NCBI GenBank assembly: GCA_043228905.1 | Contig: JBHGNT010000001.1 | Coordinates: forward strand, 25,296,001 to 25,360,000 | Direction of reading: 5' to 3' | DNA: 64,000 bases | Source: Azolla caroliniana | Taxonomy: Eukaryota > Plantae > Polypodiophyta | Shown here: positions 23,301-35,990 of the stretch, in pieces | How positions within the stretch are numbered: position 1 is the first letter of the stretch | Layout: the number at the start of each line of letters is the position of its first letter | Made by a program: the position numbers and the translations under genes | The notes under the pieces: model-generated | Seen by the model: only the letters and a program-made list of their open reading frames with translations | Databases searched by the model: none | Told to the model about the DNA's origin: nothing

Positions 23301-26300
23301 TTCTACTTTGGAGAAATCTATTGGCTCCCCTTGTTTTGAAACAAAATGTCCAATGAAAATCTATCTCTTTGAAGAACAGGTCGCTTTTCTTTGCATTAAT
23401 AAGCAATAAATTCTGATGGTTTCTTGTATTCTTATTCATTAAGTACACTGTCATGTATCAGAAAATGTATCCACAAAGATCTTGTATAGAAGTGCAATTG
23501 TTTTATCATTCTATTGAAAATTGAAACATTGTTTATGAACATTGTGATGCATTTTCTTGTGAATTGATTGCTTTGAATTTGGTAGACTCCATTTGCACCT
23601 CTTGTTTTGAAACAAAATGTTCAATGAAATCTCACTTTTCTTTTCATTAATAAGCTATAAATGCTTATGAGCTCACTGAAAATCACATTCAGAAGGGTCT
23701 GTGTGCTCCTGTTTCTTCATAAAGTACATATCATGATCAAACAATGTACATAAAGTTATTGTATAGATGTAAAATAATGCTTTTATCATCCCAATGAAAA
23801 CGGAAGGAACATTTGTAAGTCTAAATGGCCTTGCCAGAAAATCACAGAGACTTTTATTAAGATATGAACTTTGGCACCTTGTTCTCTCTCTGGACATATG
23901 GTAGAGACTCGACAATATACACATAGTTTTTAGATGATGCACCTGCCAGCTTTGCAATCAAGGAATTGAATCTGAGGAGCAATATCTATGCATTGCCCAA
24001 TTTATTAGGATACCAGGGAAATATATTGTTATTTCTTTAGAGAAGGATTTGAACCTCTTTATAGGGTGGAGTATTATTATAAAATAATGCTTATCATCCC
24101 AATGAAAATGGAAGGAACATTTGTAAATCTAAATGGCCTTGCCAGAAATTTACAGAGACTTATATTAAGATATGAACTTTGGCACCTTGTTCTCTCTCTG
24201 GACATATGGTAGAGACTCGACAATATACACATAGTTTTTAGATGATGCGCCTGCCAGCTTTGCAATCAAGGAATTGAATCTGAGGAGCAATATCTATGCA
24301 TTGCCCAATTTATTAGGAGACCAGGGAAATATATTGTTATTTCTTTAGAGAAGGATTTGGACCTCTTTATAGGGTGGAATATATTATAAAAATTGCTTAG
24401 TGCCTTTCTAGAGACTCAAAGACAGAGAGAGCCTGTTGAGGGATATGCCAACACTCACTGATACACCTAGGAAGAGAAGTCGATCCTTGACTTAGAGGAG
24501 TCAATGATCTGCACATACCACTAGGCACACTCATGGTGTAGAAGCTAACATTTCTTGAGCCGAACTTGATCCTTGACTCTGAGGAGTCACCACAACCGAT
24601 ATCCAAATTGAGACTACAACTTTGATGTGCATATTCTCACATGATCTGGCACGTTGTTCTCTCTCTGGACATATTGTAGAGACTGGACGATATACACCTA
24701 GTTTTCTGACGACTGCTCCTGCCACCTGTGCAATATATATGCATTGCCTAGCGTATTACAAGACCAGGGAAATTAATTGTTCTTTTTTAGAGAAGGATTC
24801 AAACCTCTCGATAGGGTGTAGTACAACGATGAAATTTGCTTAATGCCCGTTTAGAGACTAGAGACATAGTTGAGGGATATGTCGACACTCACTGATCCAC
24901 CTAGCACAAGAACTTGACAAAATTATTCTGCACATATACTACTAGGGACACTTGTCGTGGTGTACAAGCTAACATTTCTAGAGCCAAAATTGATCCATGA
25001 ATTAGATGAGTCATGACAACCATTACCCATTGGGATTACAACTTTGGTGCATATCTTCACATGATCAAAACCATTATAACACTGTATCAGAAATACCCTC
25101 CATATTCCATCAACCTTTTGATATTGGATCACCTGTTTTCAGAGGGCAACAATTTCAGTTCGACTGAACAGACGCCAAACCTGATTGCTGGATATTCAGG
25201 AATACATTTCAAGCCATTTAGTTTTAGGAAGCTATCGAGAAACATTTTTCTCTGCTTTTTCTTTTGTTACTTACGCCGGCAACTTAACATAAATAATCTT
25301 TGTTAGGGCTCATAGATGATTATGGCCTTTTATTGATGTTAATATATTTTTCTTTCTCCTCAATTGAGTTGTTTTATGTGGTAAAGTCTATATCTTTCTT
25401 GAAGTTGCATTCTCTAACAATCTTTAAGATATATTCATCTCTCTAAATATTTCTCAGCCTCTATATTCGGGTTTCCATATAGCTTCATTAGCAATGGTAC
25501 AAGACGACTTTTGTTGTAAGTTGGCGAGTTAACATCAACGATTGTAACCTATGGTAGGTCTAATAGGTCACTTGGTCTTTTGGGGGCTTTAATAATATTT
25601 CTTTCTTTCTTTCTCTATCAATGTGCATAATTTTGTTCCTTTGGAACCATTGAAGAAAATCTTTGATATACACATCTAGTACCTCTCTTTTCATTGTCCA
25701 TTTCATGAATCTAGCTGATAATGAACTAATTGGTCTACAACTTCTTGGTTTTGCTTTACAAGAATTCTTCAACACCAAAACAAAAGTTTGCATATATTGG
25801 TTCATGATGTCAGTGCACAGCTACTTTATGATTAGCATGCCATATTTGTTGCTCATGGAACCCAAAGAAAGCAAATCCTACATATGCCTTGTTTTGTTTT
25901 TACTTGAATACACCACTAAAATATATTTGGTTCCTTAAAAGGCTGGGGGTTCAGTTCCACTTATTCATTGATGTCAATGGGGACAATTATCTATTGTCTA
26001 TCAACCATAGACCTATTTATGCCATTGCTGAATCTTCTTTGTTTATTATTCCTTTTTTTGTGAATGCCTGTAAAGCATGTCATTCACATTCCTAATTGAT
26101 TATGGAAAGGTTCCTTAAACTGATAACAACAGATACTACATTTGATCTTAGCCGAAAGAATGAGAAAGGTCTTTCTCTTCTGGAAGAAAGGTTTTATCAA
26201 ACTCTTGTTCACTTCATAGATCTCGATTGTATGTTGGCCCTCTAATGTTGCTTGATTGGGCCTCATCTTTCTGCAACACTTCTCATTTTCCATCTTGCCA

Positions 26301-28257
26301 CCCACTGCACACCTGCTCTGATGTGATTTAAACTGTTGTTCCACACAAGCTTAATACAAACAAGTTTATTTGGGAAATTTGTAGCACTTTGAATTTTAAT
26401 TCAGTTATATATTTGTTGATGTCAAATGTATACATTGCAGATGAGCTGAGAGCAGAAAGAAAGAAGCAATTAAAAAAAGATAATGCTTCCAAGATAAGAT
26501 CATTGGTTGATGAGGTAATATCTGATGTTTTTAATTTATGTAGAATTCATTAATATTGTTGGTTTACTCATATGCATCTTTTCAACATTTAACCAGAGTC
26601 GGGACTTTATATTTTGTTATATATGCCAATAACAATATGTCCCAGAAAACGCGTACTGTCACTACGGAGAATATGGCATGGCTGCAAAATCTCTTTATTC
26701 CTGCACCTGCGCAGCTCATTCTCATCTGCATTACTAATTACTACAGTAACTCTGGTAGTGAAAAATCCAAGTAACAGCAGCCAGCCTATGGAAGCTTAAT
26801 CCGTTTGCACTTCGTAAACGATTGGATATAAAGTCAGTACTAACCCATAAGGCTCTGTTTCCTCCCGAACCGCGCATGGCTATAGGCCTCACACGGCTCT
26901 TCCCATCATGCTGGCCTCTATTATTTTTTCATGCAGGAATTTCGTTCCCTTTCATGACCCTTTGTTCGTCATGATGTAGTGATAGTATCTAGTAAGAAAT
27001 CTTATCTTTATACAAGGCATGACGTTTTTTGACTTGGTTACACAGGGTAAATATCAAGTGCAATATGAAGACACTGAAGAGTTCAAACAAAAGTGGAAGC
27101 AACGTGTACGTGAAATACTCACAGAGCAGGAATGGCGAAGGCGCAAAATGCAGATGCGTGTAAGTATCATATTATTGTTCCATTGTTAATGTTGTTTCTA
27201 ACATTACAACTGTTGTTAACATGGGTGCAATTTGTTCCAGATCTCAGAAGAAGAAGGAAGATTGAAAAAGGATGAGGAAGAGGCAAAAGAAGTATCAAAA
27301 AGAAAACGTGAGAATGATCAGAAGTGGGAAGATACCAGGGAAAATCGGGTATGAGTTTGATATCTATTGCACTAACCATACAAGGAGGCTATCAGTTTAA
27401 ACATTAGAAGTACTTTCTCAACTTCTTTTTTTCTCCTTCAGGATTGCAAATTTTCCTTGTTGGTAGTGATTTAGTTGGCTCACATTATCTTCCAACTTAT
27501 TTGATTGGCAAACCCATGAAATACGGTTGTGAATACAAGCCATCATAGTGACCCTGGTTGATTCCAGGTGTTTAGTATTCTCCCTCAAGGAACTAAACCA
27601 CATGCATGATATTTGATTTGAGGGATTGAATCTTATCTCTAGAATTAGCCCTGTGATATGCATGCAATGCGTCTATATTCCAGGTACATTTATTTCACAT
27701 TAGGTGCAAGGCTTGTACTTCCAACCTCCCAGTTTGCTCATTAAAAACACAAACAAAATTTGATTCAGTTTCAAGGGCAAGAAACAAAACTGAACCAGGT
27801 CCTTACCTAGCTATTACATCAAAATAAGAATTAAACCCAAACTTCTTCGGATGCAGTCATGTGTATGTAGATTTACTCATCATTTTATTTTATTTTATGA
27901 GTTTCCTCTTATAGTAATTCAAGATCTCTTCTTGTATATTTGTGTAAGTGCATCCCACTGAATTGATTGTATTGGTTTGGTGTCAACCGTGGTCCCATAC
28001 ATATTCCAGGAATTTGATGATGACTAAATTGCTGACTTGATAACTATATTTCCAGGTTACTAGTTGGCGGGATTTCATGAAAGCTGGGAAGAAGGTAAAA
28101 TTTTGCCATCCTATCCCTTTGTAATGCATGCATTTTGGTATAAACTTATGGTGTTATTTCTTTTTTGAAGGCAAAAAAAGGGGAGCTACGGCCTCCAAAG
28201 CTAAAAACAGAAGACCCTAACAAATCTTACGTGCAACGACCAATAAAAAAAACCTAA
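20350..28257 (+). CDS. J-domain protein, Spf31/DNAJC8 family, 244 aa
   Basis: Exons 20350-20432, 20734-20824, 21269-21329, 22999-23076, 26441-26514, 27046-27159, 27241-27348, 28056-28094, 28171-28257; all GT-AG, 735 nt in frame. Motifs FFADVSEVERDNEVLR, FKLNPFEHLNL, LSLLVHPDKC (HPD), WEDTRENRVTSWRDF, ELRPPKLKTEDP. Confidence 0.95.
21826..22177. mobile_element. Non-autonomous hAT-type MITE in intron 3 of the J-protein gene
   Basis: Perfect 8-bp TSD ATTTGGAA (21818-21825 and 22178-22185); imperfect TIR CATAGTTGT/ACAACAATG; many GTATTCTA/TAGAATAC subterminal motifs. Confidence 0.85.
23771..25060. repeat. Nested direct repeats in intron 4 of the J-protein gene (~310-bp near-identical tandem pair plus diverged partial copies)
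   Basis: 23771-24080 is nearly identical to 24081-24388; partial third copy at ~24648-24840; 24390-24640 resembles 24832-25060. Confidence 0.9.
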
Positions 28258-29235
28258 GACCCATTTGCAGCCATTATTACCAACTGAATTTCAAATTATT
28301 GGTGTAAAAGCATCACTTTATCAGTAAATTGTAATATATTAGATTTAATGTGTACTTTTCAGAGATCAATCTGTGGCCAACCCTAACAAGCTAATCAAGA
28401 AAACAGTTCTTATGTCACTTTTTAAATTTAGATGGCACTGGGGCTTGTGGTGATTGTTTGTTGAGATACATTTTTAATAATTCCATTTTGGGTTGGGATG
28501 GTGAATTCTTTGTGCAATGGGTGAAGTGTGATCGCGTACTAAGGTACATTTCAAATAACTCCATTTTAGATTGTGACAATGAACTCGTGTGCAAGATTAT
28601 ATTGCATCAGTTTTATGTGCATCCACATCTTTTTGTATATGGTGATATTTAAAGCCACCTCCTCTGTTACACATACTACTGTGAAAGTGTTTTGAGTAAT
28701 GTTTCCATGATGAATGAAAGATGGATTCTGAGTTTGCATAAGAGAAACCTAAGCAACATTCACAAATCAAATGCAAGTTGGCTAATGATATATACTGCAT
28801 TTTGGACACGGACCAAAATAACCAATCAAATTCTTTCTTATTATGTCGATTGTTACATTTCAAAACAATTAAGTCTGCAATACTCAAAAGATGTGAACCT
28901 CATAAAACTGTTATTTTTTGGGGTTCAAGCTTCATGTGCATTACGCAATCAAGAGGCAAACATTGTATCGTGCTTTCTTGTGATAAGCTTGCCAGAGCAA
29001 TTAATTTCGAATTCACTGCTGCTCTTTTGTTGTATCTATTAGTTCAACACCTGGATATATTTTTGAGTGTACTGTCCAGGTTGTCATTAAACACAAACAT
29101 TTCCTGAAATTTAATTTTCCAGGATTTCCACATGCATAACATTTGAACAAATGTCTTTCAACATAGAAATTCATTGAATATCATGAGAGCCTTGTATTAG
29201 ATGGAAGACAAATCTATTCACTCACACTTGGTCAT

Positions 29236-29436
29236 TTTTCAGTGCAACAGCATTTAATCAGAGCATAACCAATTATGTTTGTCCCACATTGCATTCATCG
29301 GGTTCACTACTGCATTGCACATTCATCAGCCCATGACAGTTTTTCAGTGCAACTGCATTTAGTCAGAGCATAACCAATTGTGTTTGTCCAACATTGCATT
29401 CATCAGGTCACTAAATTGCACATACACCAGCCCATG
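29236..29436. repeat. ~105-bp tandem duplication
   Basis: TTTTCAGTGCAAC(A/T)GCATTTA(A/G)TCAGAGCATAACCAATT... occurs at ~29236 and ~29341. Confidence 0.85.
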
Positions 29437-29715
29437 ATATGACCAAATACAAAATTGCTGAAGTTGTTTAAAGAAGGAGATTTCTAATGACATAGAATAC
29501 ACCTGCATAATTTGGTGCTTATCGTAATATACAGTTCTTATAAACAAAATTGCTGGACATTTTCAGGGTATTACAACAGGATTCTCTCATGATCTTGCTT
29601 CCGCTAGTGTATTGTAGTTCCAAATTATAATGTCAAAAAATCATACCATCAATAAGCCTCACCCACTATGTTTGTGACAATTATGTCCCAATAATGAAAA
29701 AAACAGCAAATATTT

Positions 29716-31752
29716 CTACTTGCTGCTTGTGAGATAAACTCCTAAAAAACTTTTCTCCAAGATATCGTCTATTTGGATCAACACCTCAGAATGGTGTAAA
29801 CCTTTCTTCTTAGAAGATTCCATGGCATACCTTAGTGCCTTAGCCTCCTTTGACCTGTTCAACAAGCATAAACCTTTGTTCATAGTTTCCATACATTCAG
29901 GAGTTGGCTCAAGACCAGCTTTCTTACACTCTTTAAAAGTTTCCAAAGCTGAGTCAGGTTTTCGGTTCCAAAAGTAAGCTTTGATCATAGCTGTATATAT
30001 GTCAGGATTTGATTCTCTATGCAGATTGGCTTTTTCTCGAAATATAGAGCATGCTTTATCAAGGCCTCTAGTTAAACCAAAGCATTCAATCAGCATCACA
30101 TATACCTTCCAAGATGGAAGTAACCCAGACATCTTCATCTGGTCAAAATATTCCTTGGCCTTGAGACAATATTGTTGTTTCACAAGTGCATGGATTACAT
30201 TTTCATAGGTCTCCATGTTAGGTTGCACGCCAAAGTCCTTGAGCCTGTGAAAAGTTTCTATAACTTTGTTAATATCTTTTATCATGCCATAAGCTTTGAT
30301 AACAGCAGTCATAACATGGACCGATAAAGGTATACCTTCTTCTTTAGCTTTACTCAGAAGATGTTCTACAGCTAGCATATCGCGATCCATAGAAAGTAAT
30401 GATATCATCTTAGATATAATTGGAGCTGTAAAACTGAATCCTGGCTGATCCTGTACCCAATAGAAGAAATTCCGAGCAACATCTACCTTTCGGATATGGC
30501 AAAGAACCCTATAAATCAGCTTGCTTGTCCACTTCACTTTTGCATCTCTCAGTGAGGATGCTGTATGAGGTTCCCATCTTTTGAGTGCATAAGCAAGCCC
30601 ATGTACATTTATACAAGAATCATGATGACTATTTCTTTCGACATTATTCACATAATAGACATTTTCATTGTGTTCTTGTTCACCATCATAAGTCTCCTCA
30701 TCATCATCATGAGAAGATCCAATCAATGCACATATCTGGTCAACAGTAAGCTCAGGCCAAAAACATCGAGCAACTATGTTGGATTCAGATGATTTTCCAG
30801 AACTTTCCAAGGCACGCATGAATGCAAGAACTTGACGAGTTGGCTTGGCACAAACTTCTTGCATGTACAAGCTTAAATGGCTCATCAATTCTTTGCTACA
30901 AGTAGAAACAGAATATGCAATCAAGATTGCGAACATAAGTGAAGTTTGCCTAACTTTCAACAATGGCAGCTTTTCAAAAATCTGAGCTCCAGCAACCAAG
31001 TGCCCAGATGAAGCAAGGTGTTTAATTAGGATAGTGTAAGTGCAAGGACTTAATGTATGTCCAGTATGCACTGTCTGGTGGTATACTAGTAATAATTCAC
31101 GATAACGCCTCTTATTACCAAGTAAGTCGATCATAATGTTGCATAACCCAACTCCTGGTTTCACATTATTTTCCCTCATTTGATCCCACACATTGAGAGA
31201 CACAATAAGGTTGTTAGCTTTAGCATGCCATCTTATAAGATTATGGAAATATGTAGGATCTTCACGAAAAGAGCTACATTTGTAATCTTCAATAACTTCT
31301 AGCATTTCACAACTTTTGCCACATTCTCTGAGTACGCCAATCAATGTATCATATGTATGAAAAGTGTGCAAGAATGCTTGTTTGTTTTTGAGCCAATGAA
31401 ACAATGCCATACATGTGGGAGGGGGTATATCTCGGCTTCGGAGGACTTGGCAAAATATCTCAACATTGAAGACAACATCAAGACTTCTTAACTTCTCTTC
31501 TGCATCTGAGCTCCAAGGCATGTTTTTAAGCACGCCATGGATTCTTCTTATGATATCTAATCTCTCCAAAAACTGCCTTAAATCAGACGCCCAGTATTTG
31601 GCCTCAGAATTGGAAGCCAAATAAGTAGCAGTCGGAGGAGATATATAACACACACTTCTCCTTGAGAAAGGTAAAGCATTTAAAGAGAGGCATGGGTTAC
31701 ACAGAGGTTTGCGGAAGGGTTTCTTCACGAGATTGGGGAGCCAGGGAACCAT
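29716..31752 (-). CDS. P-class pentatricopeptide repeat protein, 678 aa, intronless, probably organelle-targeted
   Basis: Single ORF with 35-aa repeats (TFHTYDTLIGVL, NMETYENVIHAL, NPDIYTAMIKAY) in two tracts, each preceded by an ALF/FF-W cap motif and separated by an acidic linker; basic Ser-rich N-terminus. Confidence 0.93.
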   Translation of the reverse strand: MVPWLPNLVKKPFRKPLCNPCLSLNALPFSRRSVCYISPPTATYLASNSEAKYWASDLRQFLERLDIIRRIHGVLKNMPWSSDAEEKLRSLDVVFNVEIFCQVLRSRDIPPPTCMALFHWLKNKQAFLHTFHTYDTLIGVLRECGKSCEMLEVIEDYKCSSFREDPTYFHNLIRWHAKANNLIVSLNVWDQMRENNVKPGVGLCNIMIDLLGNKRRYRELLLVYHQTVHTGHTLSPCTYTILIKHLASSGHLVAGAQIFEKLPLLKVRQTSLMFAILIAYSVSTCSKELMSHLSLYMQEVCAKPTRQVLAFMRALESSGKSSESNIVARCFWPELTVDQICALIGSSHDDDEETYDGEQEHNENVYYVNNVERNSHHDSCINVHGLAYALKRWEPHTASSLRDAKVKWTSKLIYRVLCHIRKVDVARNFFYWVQDQPGFSFTAPIISKMISLLSMDRDMLAVEHLLSKAKEEGIPLSVHVMTAVIKAYGMIKDINKVIETFHRLKDFGVQPNMETYENVIHALVKQQYCLKAKEYFDQMKMSGLLPSWKVYVMLIECFGLTRGLDKACSIFREKANLHRESNPDIYTAMIKAYFWNRKPDSALETFKECKKAGLEPTPECMETMNKGLCLLNRSKEAKALRYAMESSKKKGLHHSEVLIQIDDILEKSFLGVYLTSSK

Positions 31753-31909
31753 GGAAGCTCCTGAGAAAGCTTTGGGCTCATTTTCTTCTCAACATTCGAT
31801 GATATTTTTGCAGAAACAGAGAGCTTTCCATACCATGGAAGTTCCCGGTTAAATAAAACCCTTCATAAACCTCTGAATGCGTATTACGTATTCACTACTC
31901 TAATAATAA

Positions 31910-31940
<31 letters not shown>

Positions 31941-32242
31941 AAGAAGATGGCTTCACTTCTCCCTTAGTAATCTTAAGTGCCTCTCTGAGCTCTCTATGTG
32001 TTTGTCCACATAGAGGATGGGCGTATGCGCGTGCGTGCCTATGTTGTAGCCTACTTGATTCGATCGGTAATTGTCGGTATTAAAGTACCGGGTAGTATGG
32101 TATGGTCCCATGTGATTTGGTCCATGTTTTAAATCCTAATCACGTATGTTGCCCAAATGAGTTTTTGTACTATTTTGAGTTTTCAGAGATTGATTTCGTG
32201 TTCTTTGTGATATTGGTCTATGGCATAAGCATTTGACTTGGG

Positions 32243-32502
32243 TTCTTTTTTCACCAGACAAATGAGAGGAGAATTCTTTTCTTTGGGTTTTTCATCTCTC
32301 GAAGCAACAAAAACTTGAAATAGTTTTTTAGTGCGATGTTTGTCATCTTTCCAATGTTGCGTATATATTTTTAATCGATGTGTTATAGATCTGCGGAGAC
32401 AGCAAAGACGGAAAAAAAAACTATTTCAAATTTTTGTTGATTCAATAGATGAAAATCCCAAAGAAAAGAATTCTCCTCTCTTTTGTTTGGTGAAAAAAAG
32501 AA
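32243..32502. repeat. Foldback inverted repeat, ~87-bp arms with ~85-bp spacer (MITE-like)
   Basis: TTCTTTTTTCACCAGACAAATGAGAGGAGAATTCTTTTCTTTGGG...TGAAATAGTTTTTT (32243-32329) is the near reverse complement of 32415-32502. Confidence 0.85.
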
Positions 32503-34454
32503 ATAGATTTCTTTTCACTAGTTTGAATGAAAGAATATATAATAGTATAGAACTGATGGGTAAGTTGATCGACAAGCGTCACGGTTTTAGTTGGTTGCTT
32601 CACCTTGCTTCTATTGATAGATTGCTCGCACATGAATGAATGAGAGCCAAAGAAAAGCTTCCTCATGACCAAATCAAAACCTTTCAATAATGAATTAAGT
32701 AGACCTAAAATTCATCAACCCTACTTATTGGACTATAATTATTTATGACCATTGTTTGTGACGTGAAACATTGGACTATAATGGTTGCAATAATTTTGTC
32801 TCATACAAGTTTTCAAAATCTCTTAATATGACAAATTTGTGCGGTTTAAACCATGATCACTTATGGTCTACACGCTATTGTGGGACTCTTTAATTGCTTA
32901 AAACATAATTACAATTGACACAATGGATAATACAAGAATCTTTTGTATATATTACTGTTAGAATCCAATCGCAATTACTTTGCAAAATTGAGATTCCAAC
33001 AATCATTTGTAATGGTTACATTACTTGGTTTGAAATTGTCATTAGGAAATCTTTAATACAAACACTTGTATATCGCAAAGACTTCTCCTTACATACTTTG
33101 GTGCTATCACATAGCAAAAGGGTGATACATTTTAGAAACTTGAGACATTCAAGCTCATACTTTTTGTTTTTGTAGTTTTGGAATCCAAACATTATATTAT
33201 AGGTTGTTTAGGCTCTTAGATGTTTTATTAGTAAAGGTACATTAGGGTTCATAATAAATATGAAATCCATCTAGCACCTTTCTTGTAATACCTCAGATTT
33301 CTTGTAAGGACATTCTAGAATCATTATGGCATGCATAGAAGATCTCCTGGTTAAGAGAAGTTCTTGTAAATGCATAGGATGATTATCATGTCACCCTTGT
33401 GAAACAATTCACAATGCCAATCCCTTCCCAGTTTGAAGTGAGTGAAATGCTTATCATATACATAGCTTACAAGAAAAGAATCTTGCTTGTCCTAAGTTTT
33501 TGAGAGGTGAGAAAATATCCAAATTTATGAGATTTGCAACAAGAGATTCAAAACTATCTTACCCATCTTTAGCCTTCATATTTCAATGTAGTGGCCCTTT
33601 ATGGTTAATTCAGTTTTTATTACTTTGAGAAATGAGAGGATCTCATTTAAATTAGAAGGGAGCCTTAATAATTTTCGTTGAAACTCGAATTACATCAGTA
33701 AATCAGTTTGAGTTCTCTCTTTCTGCAGTAATATATTGGCATTGACTTGACCCTATTTGCCACAGCTTGATGGCTTAGACTGTGGACTTGTGCACACGAT
33801 GGTAACTTTCATATCAGGTCCAGCACCATGTGGTTTGGTTTATACCACACTGCATCCAATAACTATAAATACAAGAACACATTACACAAGGTTTTAACCC
33901 TTCAACTCTAGCAAATCATTTTCTGGATTTGATTAGGATTTTTATCCTACTATTGATTAATTTGTTTATAAGAGCAAAACTAAATTGATAGTAGGATACC
34001 AACTCATAATCGAATCCTTTCAACTACTTCTGAATTATGTTGGAAAACAATAGAAAACAATTTTAATACAGGAAATGAAGATTGGCTTCACAGTTAGGTA
34101 TATGTATATATTATAAATGAATTTGTGTATGTATGCCATAAACAAAGGGAGACATCATATTTACTGACCTTTTTTAGTTCAAGCCTCACCATCTTCATAA
34201 TGAATCAGAATGAATATACATGTCTATATCATGAGTCCAGTATCACAAATGCCAAATGTTTAGCTAACTAAGTAAACCTCGAGATTTGAGGCTTTTGCAC
34301 TTCATAACAATCACAATCATTACCATCATCACACATCAAAATATAGTAGCACATGATGATTTTAAACCAACCTATACACAGAGGAGGCTGGCAGCAGAGC
34401 TTTGAAAGAGCCATGGTGGGTCATTACCATAGTTTCTTTTCCATTGTCTCTTTT

Positions 34455-35937
34455 CTACCATCTTTCTCGCGCTAACGCAGGCTGAGTGGCCATAGCTTTC
34501 TCTCTTTGAAGAATGTGCAAGGGTCTCCGCAGCTCCCTGTGTCTCTCAAGCCTTTCCAATGCTTCTTTCTCTTCATTCTCTTGCGTATCGCCCTCACCTT
34601 CATCATCTGACCAATCATCTTCTCCATCACTCTCATAATCACTTTCATTCTCATTGATATCTGCTAATCTGCTATCACGATGTTTCCCTAATGCTATGAG
34701 CCTTGCCAGTTTCTCTCTCGCAACAATGAGAGGGTCTTTATCGATTAGATGTGAACCATTGTAGGCTTGTCTTAGAAAGACAGAATCCCGTTCCCCCTTA
34801 AGGGACACGTAGAACAGCTCAGGGTGCCTTATAAGCATGCCATGAATCTGCTGGGAGAACTTGAAGTCCTTCCTGAAATGTGTCAGATGATCGATCAATG
34901 TTCTCTTCTCCAGGGTAAGCGTCAGAATCTCATGGACAACTGCACAAGAGTGCTTCTCTGCCTCCTTGGAGGATGGGTGGATGTGACTAAACTCAGCGTA
35001 AGGAGACACAAATGGCACAGCTTGAAACTTCCGGAGGTTTTCTATGTCCTTCCTCTTGAGGCTGTAGCCACTGGGAAGGTCCACCTTTGGAAACCTGCGA
35101 GGGCGTCCACTGATGCTGTCATCAGGTGGTGGCCCACTCTGCAGCTGCTTCTCCCATGCCGAGATGGCGAGCTCTGGGTCCCACGAGGTTAGCTCCAGAG
35201 CAAGGCCGCCTTCAGTCTCGATCACCTTGAAGAACTGGGGGTACTTGTTCACCATAGTTGTTCGGTAATCATTGGGTAGCCCCAAGTCCTTTTTCAAATG
35301 GTCAATTTTGGACAAGAGCAGAGTTTTGTCGATCGACATCATCAGCATTCTCCTGATTTTGGTAACCAGCACATCCTCTAATTCAGCTCTCAATTTCTGC
35401 TCCTCGAGGATGTGATCTTCGGCTTCCGGGGTGAAGCGAAAGTAGAGGGCGCTAATGCCTTCCTCAAACACCTCGAACACGCCCGGGTACTTCCTTAGCA
35501 GAGCCACCACTCTCCGCTTCCCTGTTAACCCTAACTCTTTCCGGAACTTCCCGAGATGCTTAAGGGACATAACCATACCTGATTGTTTGATGAGGAGGTC
35601 CTTGATCTTCATCACGAGCTTCAATTTCTTCTGGCGTTGGATGACGGCATCCAGAGGGAAGTCCTTCCTTCGCTTGATGACGGATGTGACGACGAGGCGG
35701 TGCCGTGGTTCCGCGGTGCGGGGATTCCGACGTGGTTGCAGGGGCTGTGTGTCGTGGAGCAGGAAATGGTTCCAGCGTGCAGCCAAGAGAGGGGTAGAAG
35801 AAGAAGCAGCAGCAGGATGGGACAGGGAGAAGAAACCATATCCTCCATGAAGATGCCCACGTCTGAGGCTGCAGTAATTGTGGCGGCTCTTCAAGCCAGA
35901 GCCTGCAGAGCCCAGCTCCAGCACAGGAGCCATTGCC

Positions 35938-35945
<8 letters not shown>
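34455..35945 (-). CDS. WTF1: PORR-domain chloroplast group II intron splicing factor WHAT'S THIS FACTOR 1, 496 aa
   Basis: Intronless ORF with transit-peptide-like N-terminus, KRRKDFPLDAVIQRQKKLKLV...LRKYPGVFEV, FVSPY, EAEKHSCAVVHEILTLTLEKR, LIRHPELFYVSLKG and an acidic tail, recognisably like angiosperm WTF1. Confidence 0.92.
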
Positions 35946-35990
<45 letters not shown>

